Assembly: GCF_001194135.2 (NCBI RefSeq)
Contig: NC_068993.1
Coordinates: forward strand, 16,917,548 to 16,981,547
Length of the DNA: 64,000 bases
Reading direction: 5' to 3'
Origin: Octopus bimaculoides
Lineage: Eukaryota
Within the stretch, counting starts at the first letter, position 1; each line of letters begins with the position of its first letter. A program made the position numbers and the translations under genes. The notes beneath the pieces are model-generated. The model did not search any database, was not told the origin of the DNA, and was given only the letters and a program-made list of their open reading frames with translations. Positions 24,832 through 38,526 of the stretch are shown piece after piece.

Positions 24832-25253
24832 GTGGTGAAATGGCACAATCATTAGAGTATCAGAAAAAATGCTTTGCAGTATTCTGGCTATTTACATTTT
24901 GAGTCAACTTTGCCTTTCATCCTTTTGTGGGGTCAATGAAATAAGTACCAGTTTAGCACTGGGCGGAGATCAATGTGATCGACCAGCCCTCTTCCTTCAA
25001 ATTTCAGGCCATGTGCCTAAAGTGGAAAGAATTATTATTGGTTTCATATTTTGACAGAAGGTCAGCAATTTCAGGAGTGGGAGTAAATCAATTACATTGA
25101 CCCCTGTGCTCAACTGGTACTTATTTTATCATCCCCTGAAAGGATGAAAATCAAAGTTGGCCTCAGCAGAATTTGAACTCAGACCATAAAAACAGGCAAA
25201 ATGTTGCTAAGCATTTTGCTTGATGTGCTAATGATTCTGCCAGCTCACCACCT
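24832..25253. mobile_element. Tail-to-tail inverted pair of family B SINEs
   Basis: Plus copy ~24832-25030, minus copy ~25040-25253, short attatta spacer. Confidence 0.75.
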
Positions 25254-25324
25254 TTGAATGGAATATTATTAATGCCTTTGTTTCAGGTTTGTAAGAAAAT
25301 GATAATTTTCAGAACTGTACACAT

Positions 25325-25338
25325 TGTGTGTGTGTGTG

Positions 25339-25419
<81 letters not shown>

Positions 25420-25461
25420 TGTGTGTGTATGTGTGTCAGAGAGAAAGAGAGAGAGAGAGAG
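25325..25461. repeat. (GT)n then (GA)n microsatellite
   Basis: Direct reading. Confidence 0.95.
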
Positions 25462-25794
25462 AACTAGGAAATGGCTGAGCCAACAGTATCAAAAAAATAC
25501 CTTGTGGTGTTTGGTTGTTTTGTTTTACATCCTGGTTATGTCCCTTTATACGTGGATCAACTTTGCCTTTGTCCTCTTATGCTCAGTAAAATAGGTAGCT
25601 AAGAAAATGTTGGGGTCAAAATAATCACTAGCCCTTGATGGTAGTGCCCCATTATGATCAAAGCCCTCTTACAAACACCAGAAAAGGAGTTAAAAGCAAA
25701 ATACAAACTACAATGTGTTAGGGTTGCAATTCATTTAGTCACACAGTTTGTACAATTTTCAAAATTAATGCAATCTGTTGCACATCTGTGCTTA

Positions 25795-26160
25795 CCTTCT
25801 TTTACTCATTTTGCTGGAGCCCTGCCTTGAAAGATTTTAGTCCAACACATTGATCTTAGTACTTATGTTGTTTCTTTTTAAAGTCAGTTACTTATTCTAT
25901 CAGTTTCTTTTGCCAAAACACTAAATTATAGGGACATAAACAAACCAACTGGTTGTCAATTAGGGGTAGGCGTGACAAACACAGACATAAAGACACACAC
26001 ACACATACACATATGGGTTTCCACACAGTTTCCCTGTACCACGTTCACTTGGAAGCATTGGTCTACCCAGGGTTATAAGAGAAGATACCCAAAATGCTGT
26101 GCAGTGGGATTGAACCTGAAACCGCATGGTTGCAAAGTGATCTTCTCAACCACACAGCCA
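25795..26160 (-). mobile_element. Family A SINE
   Basis: cttttactcatttt...gggacataaacaaacc...gcagtgggattgaacc...aaccacacagcc. Confidence 0.75.
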
Positions 26161-27374
26161 TTAGTGCACCTATACATCAAGAATTTTAAAATTTATATTC
26201 TAGCCACTTAACTTTCCTTGATCTCATTCGTTCACAAATATGTACACAGTGAAGAATCAATCTTGCTGGTTTACTGATTCACAAGAGAACCTGCGCCAGT
26301 GAGAGAGTGCCTGTGTTGTTGCTCAACCGGGCAGACACAGCAGTCAAATCTTCAAATTTCATCCTGCCTCTCTTATAAAAAAAAAAGAGAACAAACGCAA
26401 ACACACACACGCGCACACACATATATGGAATAATGTGGTCTTGGATGTATTATACTAATAATCATCATTTGAAAATCTTTGATCATAGTTTTACTCAATC
26501 ACACCTGACCTAGGGCTACACAACAACAACTGCACACTTTAGCACTGACACTTTACACTCACAAACTTGCATTTCAATAAACAGGAAGAAAATAGACGAT
26601 GAACATGAAATGATTTCAGAGGTTTTCTTCTTTCAATTTTACCTTCTTTTTTTTTTATGATTGATTCAACACATGCTGGTCTGTTAATTAACTCTTTTCA
26701 ATATTAATCTATGTCATTACAATCTGCCATCCCCTGCCTCACACACACACACACACACACACACATGCATGCACACACACACACACTGGCACACACATTG
26801 AAAAGAAATACCTGTATTTGTATGTAATTATGCGGATTGTTTTCTTGACATCAGGATTAAGATTTAAATGGAAATTACAAGATTTAAAAGAAATTTCCAG
26901 GATTTTGATAGATTAACTCTATCAAGAGAACATATTACTCTAGCATGTATGTTCGGTTTAGATATGTTTGTGTTTTGGTGTAAATAAATACATACATAGA
27001 AGACCGACAAATTATTGAGAGATGATCAGCAGGTGGTAAGAAAGAAATGTGGAGATGTGCCAAACAATTTCTGATTAATAAAGCTATGATGTTTGAAGCA
27101 TTTAAAAAAGAAAAAAATTACCAAAGCTTGTGACAGTATGGCTTGATTATAGAAAGGTGTTTAACATTATTCGTCATTCATAACTCTTGCGATCATTGCA
27201 CTGCTGTAGTTGCTGCTGCTGAAATGCTTACATAGACTTCATTGACTCTCCTTAAATTGATCGCTAAATGCATGATGAGTTGTCTCTGGTGAAAGCAGTC
27301 TAACTGTGCTTCATTATATTTTGGTGTTAATTCCACTAAACTCACCAGCTCTACCAAACCCACTGGCATTTCTC

Positions 27375-27600
27375 CTACTAAACTCAGACAGTTTGTTGTT
27401 CAACGCTAGGTCTGGCCTCATTGAGAAGACAGATCTATGAACATAGTCATCCCTATGATGACAACTCCGTTTTTTTGGGTGTATCTAGGATTGTATTATC
27501 CAAGGTGTTCTTCCGTTTCCCAAGTTAGGGTGTGATTTGAAAATGATTTGGCAGCTATTTTCAGCATTTCGAGTGACCACATAGAAAAATGCTCCTTTAT
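27375..27600 (-). mobile_element. Family E repeat
   Basis: ttgttgttcaac...gatttggcagctattttcagc. Confidence 0.65.
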
Positions 27601-27845
27601 TGGCTCAAAATTTTCAGGTAGTTATATATTAGGGTTTTAATCGGTAAGAAACACATATAAGACCCCTGATTTTTTTCTCTGATGATTTAGTTATCTACAT
27701 TAGAAATATATGCAATGTTGAGAAACAACTAAATTGAATAATAAACATCTTTTCACTAATGTAAGGATGACAGTTGGTGATAAAAAACATGTTTATACTT
27801 GACAGTTGAAGGTGGGAAAGTTGCTCTCTAATATCAAAAACATTC

Positions 27846-28345
27846 CAGAAGGCAGCAAGCTGCCAGAATCGTTAGCACACCGGGCGAAATGCTTAGTGGT
27901 ATTTAATCTGCCATTATGTTCTGAGTTCAAATTCTGCCAAGGTCGACTTTGCCTTTCATCCTTTCGGGGTTGATAAATTAAGTACAGTTACACACTGGGG
28001 TCGATGTAATCAACTTAATCCCTTTGTCTGTCCTTGTTTGTCCCCTCTATGTTTAGCCCCTTATGGGCAATAAAGAAATAAGAATCATTTACACACCAGG
28101 TAAAATGCTAGTGGCATATTGTCCAGCTTTGGATCTAAGGCAGCAATGAGCAAGCAGAATCATGAGCACACCGGGATGGCATTTTGTCTGTCTTTACATT
28201 CTAAATTCAAATTCCACAAAGGTCAACTTGACTTTCCATCTTTTTGGGGTTGATAAAATAAGTACCAGTTAGACACTGGGGTCGATGTAATAGACTTTAC
28301 CCATCCCCTAAAAATGTTGGCCTTGTGCCAAAATTTGAAACCAAT
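27846..28345 (+). mobile_element. Cluster of tandem family B SINEs with two different tails
   Basis: Young copy 27846-28082 with tail aatccctttgtctgtcc...gggcaataaagaaataa, then a partial head, then copy ~28138-28345 with tail ggccttgtgccaaaatttgaaacc. Confidence 0.8.
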
Positions 28346-28559
28346 ATTAAAGACATTCATATTCCTCTGTCTTTTACACAATGAATGTTACAAATACCTA
28401 AACATTTATGAAAAGGTACCCAAAAACGGAAATGTGATCAATGATAGTAAACAAAAGTGTATTATTTCATCAGACTTTAACAAATACAGTTTATGTAAGG
28501 ATCATCAGAAAACTAACTGGAAATAATTATGTGATGAGACTACTACAATGTTAATTTTT

Positions 28560-29400
28560 CTGGTGAATTCAGAATTCCTGGCATGTTTCAATCATATTCT
28601 GACCTTATTTACAAAGTAAAGCCCTCACAGTTACTTAGTGATTCTTTGATCGTTAATCTGTATGGTATCACTCAGACCACGTTTGCGAAACAACAACAAA
28701 TGCACCAATCAGGTGCTCAGAAGTGAGGAGAGCAATGTCTTGTAAGAGGGTGTGAACAACAAAAGAATTATTTGGTTCCTGAAGATGTCTCCTGCAATCC
28801 CAGGACTGACAAATGGATTTACTTCAACACATACTTGAAAGACAAATACTCTGTATACCAATTAAAAGGATTTCCCAGAAATTTGAGAATAATGTCAATA
28901 TATTGTCAGGAAGTATCAATTCTGCCAAATTATGTTACATTTCAAAGGTCATAATTTTGCTATACAATGGCTAGAAGTTGCTACTAAATACATGTTGAAC
29001 AAAAGCAAGCATGAATTGCTTAAACCCTCAAAGACACAATTGAAAAGATTGATTATATTACATGTCTGTGGGAGACTTTATACATGATCAGCAGCTGCCC
29101 CAAAATGTCAAGATCCATACTACCTTTCTATGCAGTATGACATTGTTGCTAAAACAATATACAACACCATTGAAAAGATCACTGGGGATAAATATAGAAA
29201 ATATTTCTGATATTCAATACATCCATATGTTTCAATGGAAGGAATATTGGTGGAACATTCCCATCAAATCTTCTAAACATAACAAATCGGATATGGTTGT
29301 CTGAGACAGAATATACAAAGAGTGTGTACTGTCTGTCGCAGTCAGTTGCCCAGCAGAAGTAAACTGTTCATTCTAAATCAGTGAGAAAAACTAAATATAA
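28560..29400 (+). mobile_element. Decayed non-LTR retrotransposon C-terminus with a restriction-like endonuclease (R4/Dong-like)
   Basis: Frameshifted motifs: FKGHNFAIQWLEVATKYM (28941-), ISSCPKMS (29087-, end of CCHC knuckle), YYLSMQYDIVAKTIYN (29118-29165, cf. RHDxVAK), EYWWNIPIKSSKHNKSDMVV*DR...AVSCPAEVN (29242-29364, cf. W...HNRPDIVV.D...DVxxP.D.N). Confidence 0.7.
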
Positions 29401-29694
29401 CTAGTTTAAAGCAGGTATACAGAGGAACCACTTCATGGTTAGTCAATCTATTTGCAATAACAGATAAATCCTCAAATCACACCCACTTTGCATGGAAATT
29501 AAATGGTTTAGCCATGGGTGGACCAGCAATCTCTTTGATCATAGGTCTAATCAATCTTGAGTTGGACTACTGTTCTGAAACCTATAACTTCCCTACACAG
29601 ATTTGAGATTTACATTTGTACATATTATACACTTCAATGTGTTATTAAATGTTTGATTATTTCATAAAACTGGAATTTTCAAGTCAAAAGTGAA

Positions 29695-29728
<34 letters not shown>

Positions 29729-29801
29729 CACACACACACAGAAAGAGGGGGAGGGAGACATAGAGAAAGCGCATTTCTTTCTTTGTTCATTTATATTTCA
29801 G

Positions 29802-29915
29802 CAAAGTCCTGCCTTATTTCCTGATGTGGCAAATAAAGTTGATGTAACTGGTGTGGCAAACAGCATAGGTGTCTCAGCTGTTAGTCTTATGGAGTCAAGT
29901 TCCATGGCTGGTATG
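29802..29915 (+). CDS. Candidate internal coding exon of an unidentified host gene (QSPALFPDVANKVDVTGVANSIGVSAVSLMESSSMAGM)
   Basis: Acceptor tttctttctttgttcatttatatttcag| at 29801. Only the phase-0 frame is open. Donor ATG|gtaaat after 29915 (alternative G|gtatgg after 29910). Non-repetitive. No partner exons found. Confidence 0.3.
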
Positions 29916-30001
29916 GTAAATGGAGAGAGATGTTATGCATATGGTGTGATAAATAGCATAGAGTGTTATATATGATACAACAAATGGAGTGAGATATTGC
30001 G

Positions 30002-30275
30002 TGATGATGATCATCACCCTTTTAATGTCCAGTTTTCTATACTTCCAAGGGTCAGATGGCAATAACTGAGGCAGATTTTCAATGGCCAGATACCCTTCCT
30101 GTCCACTTACCTGTTTCTTACCTGTTTGCTATGGCCAGATACCCTTCCTACAACTACTTACCTCTTTCCAGGCAAAATAATGCTTTTTCCATGGCCAGAC
30201 ATGCTTTTGCAGATCATCGGAAATGAATATCAATATTTGTATGGCAATGATACTGATTTGCAACTTACACTATGT
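30002..30275 (-). mobile_element. Family C (C2) repeat
   Basis: ttttaatgtccag...atggccagacatgcttttgcag. Confidence 0.7.
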
Positions 30276-30293
30276 TAAGACAAGGAGACAAAA

Positions 30294-30295
<2 letters not shown>

Positions 30296-30367
<72 letters not shown>

Positions 30368-30530
30368 ACAATGGGTTTCTTTCAGTTTTCGTCTCCCCAA
30401 ATACAATCACAAGACTTTATTCAACACAATACTGATGTAGAAGTTAATTGCTTTTGGTACCATGCAGTGGGACTGAGCCCCAAACCATGTGGCTGGAAAC
30501 AAACTTCTTAACAAAAAAGGATCAAGGCCA
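30296..30530 (-). mobile_element. Family A SINE head adjoining (AT)n(AC)n
   Basis: catgcagtgggactgagccc...ggccatacc. Confidence 0.65.
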
Positions 30531-30883
30531 TACCTAGTATGCTAAATGTAGTAATAAAGCGTAGGAGTAGGCAATGGTACAAATGGAATCTAAGAATGTT
30601 AATTCTTTCAAAAGTTTCGCATAGATCAATTCTTGAATGTATTTCAAATTGAACAATATAAGCTTTTAAATAGGGAACAAAAAATATGGAGAACTGATAA
30701 ATATGATGGCATTTAATCTTTTCTCCATAACTTCAACATTTCCCAGGGGAGGGGAACATGGACTTAACAATTTAATTTCAGTGGGATATTGAAAAAAGAT
30801 TGAGAATTTATTACTACATGGAAAATTCCATTAAAAACGTAATTGAATATATATGATTTACACACACACACACACATGCACAC

Positions 30884-30936
<53 letters not shown>

Positions 30937-31683
30937 TGTGTGTACACAAATACACACACCTGTAAACTCATGCACATGTACAAACAGAAACACACAAATG
31001 TAAAAGTATATATGTGTATCTGCTTACTTACACATATGTGTGTACATGTGTATACACATATACATATATATAATGTGTGTGAGTGTGTGTACACACACGC
31101 AAACATACACATACATGTAGCTACATAGATATGCATGCAAACAAAACAAAAGACCACTCGTTACATTTTATAAAGTTTATTTATTTGTATTAACTGACTC
31201 AGAATTACATTACTTCCAGTTTCACAGAAGTGAGTTTCACAAAACTGAGACAAACACTCTTGAAGTAATATAAATAATATGTGTGTGCATGAGAGCTTGT
31301 GTGCGTGCGTGCTTACACACATACACATAACACATATGCGCATCTTATTCAATAAGCACTGGCATTGCTATGTGGTTTTGTTGTGTTTTTTTTTTCAACC
31401 ATGGGGTAGGTACTGAGTTCAGTCCCACTGAACAACACATTGGGCAAGTGACTTCTACTATAGTTCTAAGCCAATCAATGCTTTGTGAATGACTTTGGCA
31501 GACTAGGACTGTCACACACCCTTTGTGTGTGTGTGTGTGCGTGTGCACATTCTGCATTTCACATGCAAAAGCACTGAGCTTCAGATAGTGATATTTGTTG
31601 ATATCATGTTGTGGCTCTGCACATTCAGAGTGAAAATTCTTGACTTTGAAAACACGTATGTATATGAACTAACATATGTGCAC

Positions 31684-31880
31684 ATCATCATCATCTTCAT
31701 CATTGTTTTAATGTGCGCTTTTCCTTGCTTGCATGGAATTCACAGATGGAATTCACAGAGACAGATATTTCTATGACCGGATGCCCTTCCTATCACCAAC
31801 CCTCATTTGTTTTCAAGTAAGGTAATAATTGCTTTTCCCTAAAGATGTTTCCATGGAATATCAGAAACTATGGAAACCAC
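31684..31880 (-). mobile_element. Family C (C2) repeat
   Basis: ttccttgcttgcatgg...ggatgcccttcctatcaccaaccctc...aaggtaat. Confidence 0.7.
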
Positions 31881-32127
31881 TCATATGATGATGATGCTCA
31901 TTAGAAATTTCAAATAACATCAAGACAAGAAGCCACACACATTACACAAACCACATATGTATGTACATACATACTTGCATGCATGCATGCATACATACAT
32001 GCATGCATACATACATGCATGCATACATACATACACACACACATACATACGGTCAAGTCAAAAAACTGAACATTGAAAATAACAATTATATATATATATA
32101 TATATATACACACACATATGTATATAT

Positions 32128-32422
32128 CATCATCATCGTTTAACGTCCGCTTTCCATGCTAGCATGGGTTGGATGATTTGACTGAGGACTGGTGAACCAA
32201 GTGGCTACACCAGGTTCCAATCTGATTTGGCAGACTTTCTACAGCTGGGTGCCCTTCTTAATGCCAACCACTCTGAGAGTGTAGTGGGTGACTTTATGTG
32301 CCACCGGCACGAAGGCCAGTCAGGCAGTACTGGCAATGGCCACGCTCAAAATGGTGTCTTTTATGTGCCACCGGCACAAGTGCCAGGAAAGCGATGCTGG
32401 TAACGATCATGCTCAAATGGTG
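32128..32422 (-). mobile_element. Family C (C1) RTE 3' end
   Basis: catcatcatcgtttaacgtccgctttccatgctagcatggg...gtgccaccggcacgaaggccagtc. Confidence 0.85.
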
Positions 32423-35084
32423 GTACCATCACGATTTCGCTTTCGCATATGGTTCATATGTACAAAAAAAAAACAAAAGGCAGAGACATGTGAGAGAACA
32501 AGCAAGGTGTATTAGTTTGACATATCAGGATTAATGGTTCTACATGCTGAAATGACCAGAAGGAAGAGGTCAGTGGAATGGGATATAACAGTGACCTGGC
32601 TAAACTGGACCATGCAGGCGCATGTGTGTATGTAAGGTTGATGTGTGTTAGTGTATATGTGTGTGTGTGGGCAAGTGCATATGTATGTATGTATGCATCA
32701 ACAAGATGAGCATCTTTCAGTTTCTGTCAACCACTCACAAGATTTTGGTCAACCTGCATAGACATACATAGTTATGTACTCACACACTTGCTCATACATA
32801 TGTATATATGTATATGTATCACGATACATCTATGTTACTGGGATGTGCTCTCAGTTTAGTGTAGATAGGCAAGTCTACCTACCCAAATGAAAACTGTATA
32901 TGTGAAAACTGTTAAACACCAAAAAATTATTTTCAATTCCTTATAAAATTACTAATTCGTGGTTGTAATTTAGTGTCATTCAGCAAATGGCTACCATTTT
33001 GATGTTACACAAACACATATTGCTCTGCCTTTCATGTTTAATGTATATACTAAGTATAGCAGTATTAATTGTATATGCCATGGATCAGCTCCCTAATACA
33101 AAAAATATAGTGAAAAATAGAAGCAGAATGATATATGCTCACATACTATATCATTACAAAGTGAGAAATGTGCATGATGTGTATGTTGACATTACATGTC
33201 TTTGATTGTGTTGATTGAGCTAATTTTAAAATATATTTTTATTTTATGCAAGTGTATAAAATAGCAATATTGAAAATATGTGTGTCTGTAAATAAAAGTG
33301 TATAAAGATTCACAAATATGTGTATTGATATGTTTGTTGACATATGTACAAATGTACAACTACATGGTTTTTTTTTTACCTAAATATGCATTTGTGTAAT
33401 TGGTGGGGTGTTATGTAATCTCATCATCATCATCATCTGCTTCATCCTCATCATTTTATGTCTGCTTTTCATAGATTGGATAGGTTGATTGAGTCAGTTC
33501 TTATTCAGAGATACAGCTCACTTATATGCTTCATCTTTAATATGTCCTCCTCAACAATAACCACTTTACAGAGTGTACTGAGAGCATTTTAAGATGGCAC
33601 CAGCACTAGAGAAGTTGTATTGTCCTCTGCAAGACTAAAGAGTCCTCTCTTTTCCATGTTTTCTCCATTATTTCAAAGCAAATGAAATCAAAAGAGTAAA
33701 TAGAAGATAAGTGTATGTGTGTAATAGAGAAAAAAAGAGTTGTAGGACTGAGAGTTTGATAAGAGAAGGAGTAATGGAAGCAAGAGACAGTGGTAGCTAC
33801 ATGATGGTTGTTGGTAAGGAGATTGAATAGAAAATATCATGAATGCATGATAAGATAACAAGAGAGAATGAGAGTGATACATATCAATAATAGAGAGGAG
33901 GAAGCTGGTAAGTGAAAGTAGTTGATGTCAGCAAAATGTTGCATGGAAGAGAAAAAAATGATGGCTGGTTGTAGAGAAGGGTAACAAATATATATAAGTT
34001 AGATGCTATCATTTTTGACACAGACATGAAGATCAAAAGGAGGTAGTGTGATGAAGGCTGATGGTGCAGGGACCAGATACAGACAGATAATATGTTATCC
34101 CTTGTAACACAGGCAGTGTGGTACAATGAGTAGTAGAGAAGGTGAGTGGTAGATGAGAGGGCAACAAAGATGGCAACAGATTGAGACTTATCGACATTAA
34201 TAAAAGTGGAATTCTATCTGTCTATCTGGGACCCCTGTATCTCAGTCTATATTTGCTCTACATAGACATATCATACCTTTTTGGAATCAGGATGATCCTG
34301 GGATTGAAAATATGCCCTTCATTTGATTCTTGATCATTCAGCATTGGGATCTAATTTAAAAGCATTTAGGTTGTTATTTCTAGCAGGTGAAGCTTAACTG
34401 ATTCATACCATCTTGGTTGGCATTTGACATATTACATCAGAGATCAAGGGGGAGATAAATGACATTTGTTTCATTTCTTTTACGTCAAGATAAGAACTTT
34501 GAGACAAATTGGCCAACAGTTGGAATTCAACTTTGGACTGGAACAGTGGAATGATTGCATTACAGAATTAATCCTCAACCGTCCTTAACCTCTGATCAAA
34601 CACCACTGGGGCATAGAGTCATTATAGACACATTATAGTCATACTATTTAGCTCTCTTTTAGTTTGGGGCTGCAGGCTTAATTAGCCTCCTGCAGGAGCT
34701 AGCTTAAAAGTCCACACAGAGTGTGACTTTCAAGCTAATCTGCAATATAATGGGTATGAAACCCAATGTATATACATATTATCAGGTAATGATAATCTTT
34801 TACTCTTTTCTATTTTCATTCATTAAACTAGGCATGGGTAAACTTTTTCAATAAGTGGACTGCATAAGACAAGGGTCATCAACAGGTGAGCCACAATACT
34901 AAAGAAATTCAAGGTTATTTTTCGTTAGGCTTGGCATTCAGAAAGTCCAGTGAGCTGCAGTTTTCCCATGACTTCATTAACCTTTAGCATGTTGTAGACG
35001 CATCATGTTGCTGTATGAGTTTTCTCCCTTCTCAATGCAAAACAAAGCACCTGCAGCTACAGGAGAGAAATTACATATGATACC

Positions 35085-35450
35085 ATGATGTTCCTAAGCA
35101 TGCTAAAGGTTGTACTGTGGTCATTTTCAGACATTGCTTTGAAGGATTTTGTTGCTCAAATTGATCAGTATCATTTTTGTCTTGTATCATTCTGTCAATC
35201 TCCACTTGCTAAACTACTAAGTTATGTGTACTTAAATAAACCACCACCAGTTGTCAAGCAGAGAGAAGCAGATATGTCAAGATATATGTGACAAACTTTC
35301 CGCATAGTTTCCGACTACCCGATTCACTCACAAGGCATTGGTCAGCTCAGCAGTATAATGGAAGACACTTTCTCAAGGTAACATGCAGTCATGTTGAACC
35401 GAAGCCCAGGAGATTGCAAAATAAATTTTATAACCACACAACTTTGCCAA
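35085..35450 (-). mobile_element. Family A SINE
   Basis: cccgattcactcacaaggcattggtc...ttataaccacacaac. Confidence 0.65.
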
Positions 35451-35857
35451 TGAAGGTTTCTAACCCAGCATATAGAAATTTTAATTTCTCTTGTAAACTT
35501 GTTATTGTCGGTCACTTGCATATAAGCATTTATTTTAGTTTGAAGTAAATGCATGTCAATATTTATTGCACAATATTGCAGAGACTTTTTTTTTGTTTGT
35601 TTCAAACTCCTTAGTTTGTCCCTTAAAAACCTGCAGCATGTAACAGGTTGCCATCACTGCAATAGGAGAGCCAATTAAGTGTATCCGTTTTCAAAGAATC
35701 TTGTAGATGATTTATTTGAAGACTCACCAGTAGTATGTCTGCTTTATCAGCCTTTTTTTTCTGTGGATTTTTTTTTCTCCGTATATTAAGAAGCCTGTAG
35801 TCTTCTACTATAACCTACACTGTAACTCTACTTCCAGACACCAAATTTTACAAAAAT

Positions 35858-35864
<7 letters not shown>

Positions 35865-35889
<25 letters not shown>

Positions 35890-36060
35890 GGGAGAATATA
35901 CAAAAAATAACAACAGACGAGGACAGGTGGTGTAAATAACAAAAGTATATATTAATATATATATATCTTCATATATATATATATAGATACATATATATAT
36001 ATATAGATATATATATATATATATATATAGATATATATATATATAGATAGATAGATATAT
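35865..36060. repeat. (AT)n/(ATAG)n array interrupted by a 56-bp unique insert (35890-35945)
   Basis: Insert gggagaatatacaaaaaataacaacagacgaggacaggtggtgtaaataacaaaag, flanked by (AT)n on both sides. Confidence 0.8.
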
Positions 36061-36675
36061 GAAATCATAATTAACTCTAGTTAATTATGGTTTGGTAACA
36101 TACATTTTGGCCTAGGGGTTTTTTCGGTCTTCTATGAATTTGTAAGCAAAAGTCATTATTCTTGCATTAAATTGACTTTTTTTGTTTTTGTTTTTTGTTT
36201 GTTTTATTCATACTATGCAATTTAAATATATTACAATAATTATTTACCAACCTAACTAGATTATTTCTTCCAGCATCTAATTATTCTCTTTGATTCAAGT
36301 TTACCAGATGACAGCTTCCATCCAGTTAATTCACCAAATTTATGGACAGTATAGAATGAGTCATAGACCTATGAATTATCTTGACATTGCCAGAGCATAA
36401 CCTAAACTTTTGATTTCCATTGCCATCAACATATTGTGCACTTTTTTCCTTCTTGTCCTTTCTGCTAATCCATTTCAGTATAAACATTCTCTTATCTTTC
36501 ATGATATGCAAACAGAATTTACTGATTCCGGCTCTTTCACAATAAACTTACTTCAACCTTGACCAGTATAATTTGACAAATAAGCAGTACAAATCTTCAC
36601 AGCCAGAGATATATTTCAGGCAAAAAAAAAAAAAAAAACCCACCTTTAATTTATGCAGCAGTGTGATTCTATTTA

Positions 36676-36750
<75 letters not shown>

Positions 36751-37598
36751 CATATATTATTTTTTGTTCAGATGCATAGATCATAACAAAAGTTGTAAAT
36801 ATATCAGAATGGCTTCTCTGGTTGAACCCTGTTGGCATTCAGATCAATAAATACTTGCTCTTACTGCTGCCTGGAATATATCATTAACACTTACATACCA
36901 TTTCCATTCTGGAATCAGCTACTCTTGAGATGCTCTCAATAACAGATATATCGAAAATTCTCCACTAAAGTAGAGTCACTTTAAGTGTTCATAAACTGAA
37001 TTGGTGTTATGTAAACTAAACGGCTTCTGTTTTCATTACCACAGACTATTGCTCGCGAATTATACATTTGAAATGAGATCAACTTTTATAACCTATTAGA
37101 AATTTTATGCTGATTAAGTCTTGAGTTGTGATGTTTTTACAGTGATAGATCAGAAGTTGTATGATTTAGTAGGTGTTAGTTAAAGTCATTACTGTGGGCC
37201 ACTGTCAAATAAGTATAATGGAAGAAAGATCGACTTTTATGGAATGTTAAAGAATCGTCATGCTATGGTTCCATCCCAGACTTAATAGTACTCTCTGAAA
37301 GAAAGTAGAACACTAAACCTACAGTTTTATGTCTCCCTGTATAAGATTCGTCTAAATCAACTTTGCCATTTTTCTGTTCTTTTGTGTGAAGATTGTGAGC
37401 TTGAATAAGTTTGTATCCCTTTGCCTCTGAGATCAAGAAAAATTAAGATTTTCTACTTCTACTACAAAAGAACTATCTTGCAGCATCAGATTCCCATTCT
37501 CTCCATGCTACATGAATTTCACTGTACATTCTTTGCTGGTACAGGCCACTACCAGTTTTCTCAAGTTGTTTTTCTTTTCACTGTTCTTTTGTTCATGT

Positions 37599-37840
37599 GC
37601 CTTCACATTACACTATAGCCTTCACATTATACTATAACTTCCACATCACACTATGGCCTTCACATTACACTATGGCCTTCACATTACACTATGGCCTTCA
37701 CATTACACTAGGCCTTCACATTACACTATAGCCTTCACATTATACTATAACTTCCACATCACACTATGGCCTTCACATTACACTATCTGCCTTCACATTA
37801 CACCATGTACCTTCACATTACACTACATTCATTCACATTA
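37599..37840. repeat. 19-bp minisatellite (~12.5 units) with a duplicated three-unit block
   Basis: Unit gccttcacattacactatg. The variant pair gccttcacattatactata/acttccacatcacactatg occurs twice. Confidence 0.9.
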
Positions 37841-38526
37841 GGCCATCTGTGATCTAGTTTTGTTGAGTGTTGGATTCATTATTGTGAGGTCATGTTTTTG
37901 ATTTAGGCTCTTCATTTCATGTTACTCCAGTCCTCCCTGTTGTAAATGAGAACAAGTAAGAATTGGGGTTAACCTGATGACAAATTTGCATCTCATCTTG
38001 CTGGAGTCTTCAATCATTGAAGTAGTGATTACCTGACATTTCGTTTGTGCTACAGAAAATTCATCACAATAGCCCAGGTTTCCCATGGCCTCTACACCCA
38101 CATACAAACACACACACACACACACATGCACTTCAATTTATTTTAGCTATCATAGATAAGACTATGCTGGAGCATCATGTTTAATTTGTTGAATAAAATA
38201 TGTACTTAATAAAATAAGTTAAATAGATAAATAAAACACAATAAATAAGAACTTAGTTTACTATCAATAATAGTATTGATTTAATATTGTTTTACAGTCT
38301 CTTACAAGATAGATAACTGCGTTGAATAATTCTGCTTTTAGTATTCTTACCAACTAATCACTTATCTGTAAAATATGTTCTATCTACTCCTTTCATCCTA
38401 GTTTTTTTTTTCTTTTATTCTAAATGGTGTCATTTAGTTGTTTGATAAGTCAGTGAAGAGAACTTATATATAGTCACTCAATTTGCTAGAAATAGCATCC
38501 AAAAATCCCTCAAGTTCCACTCTGTC

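Noticed and set aside
33680-34170. Possible L2-like relic on the minus strand
   Set aside because: Only compositional resemblance, with no diagnostic motif recovered.
36400-36500. Integrase-like NGLAER motif on the minus strand
   Set aside because: Six-residue match surrounded by stops, with no other integrase motifs or LTRs.
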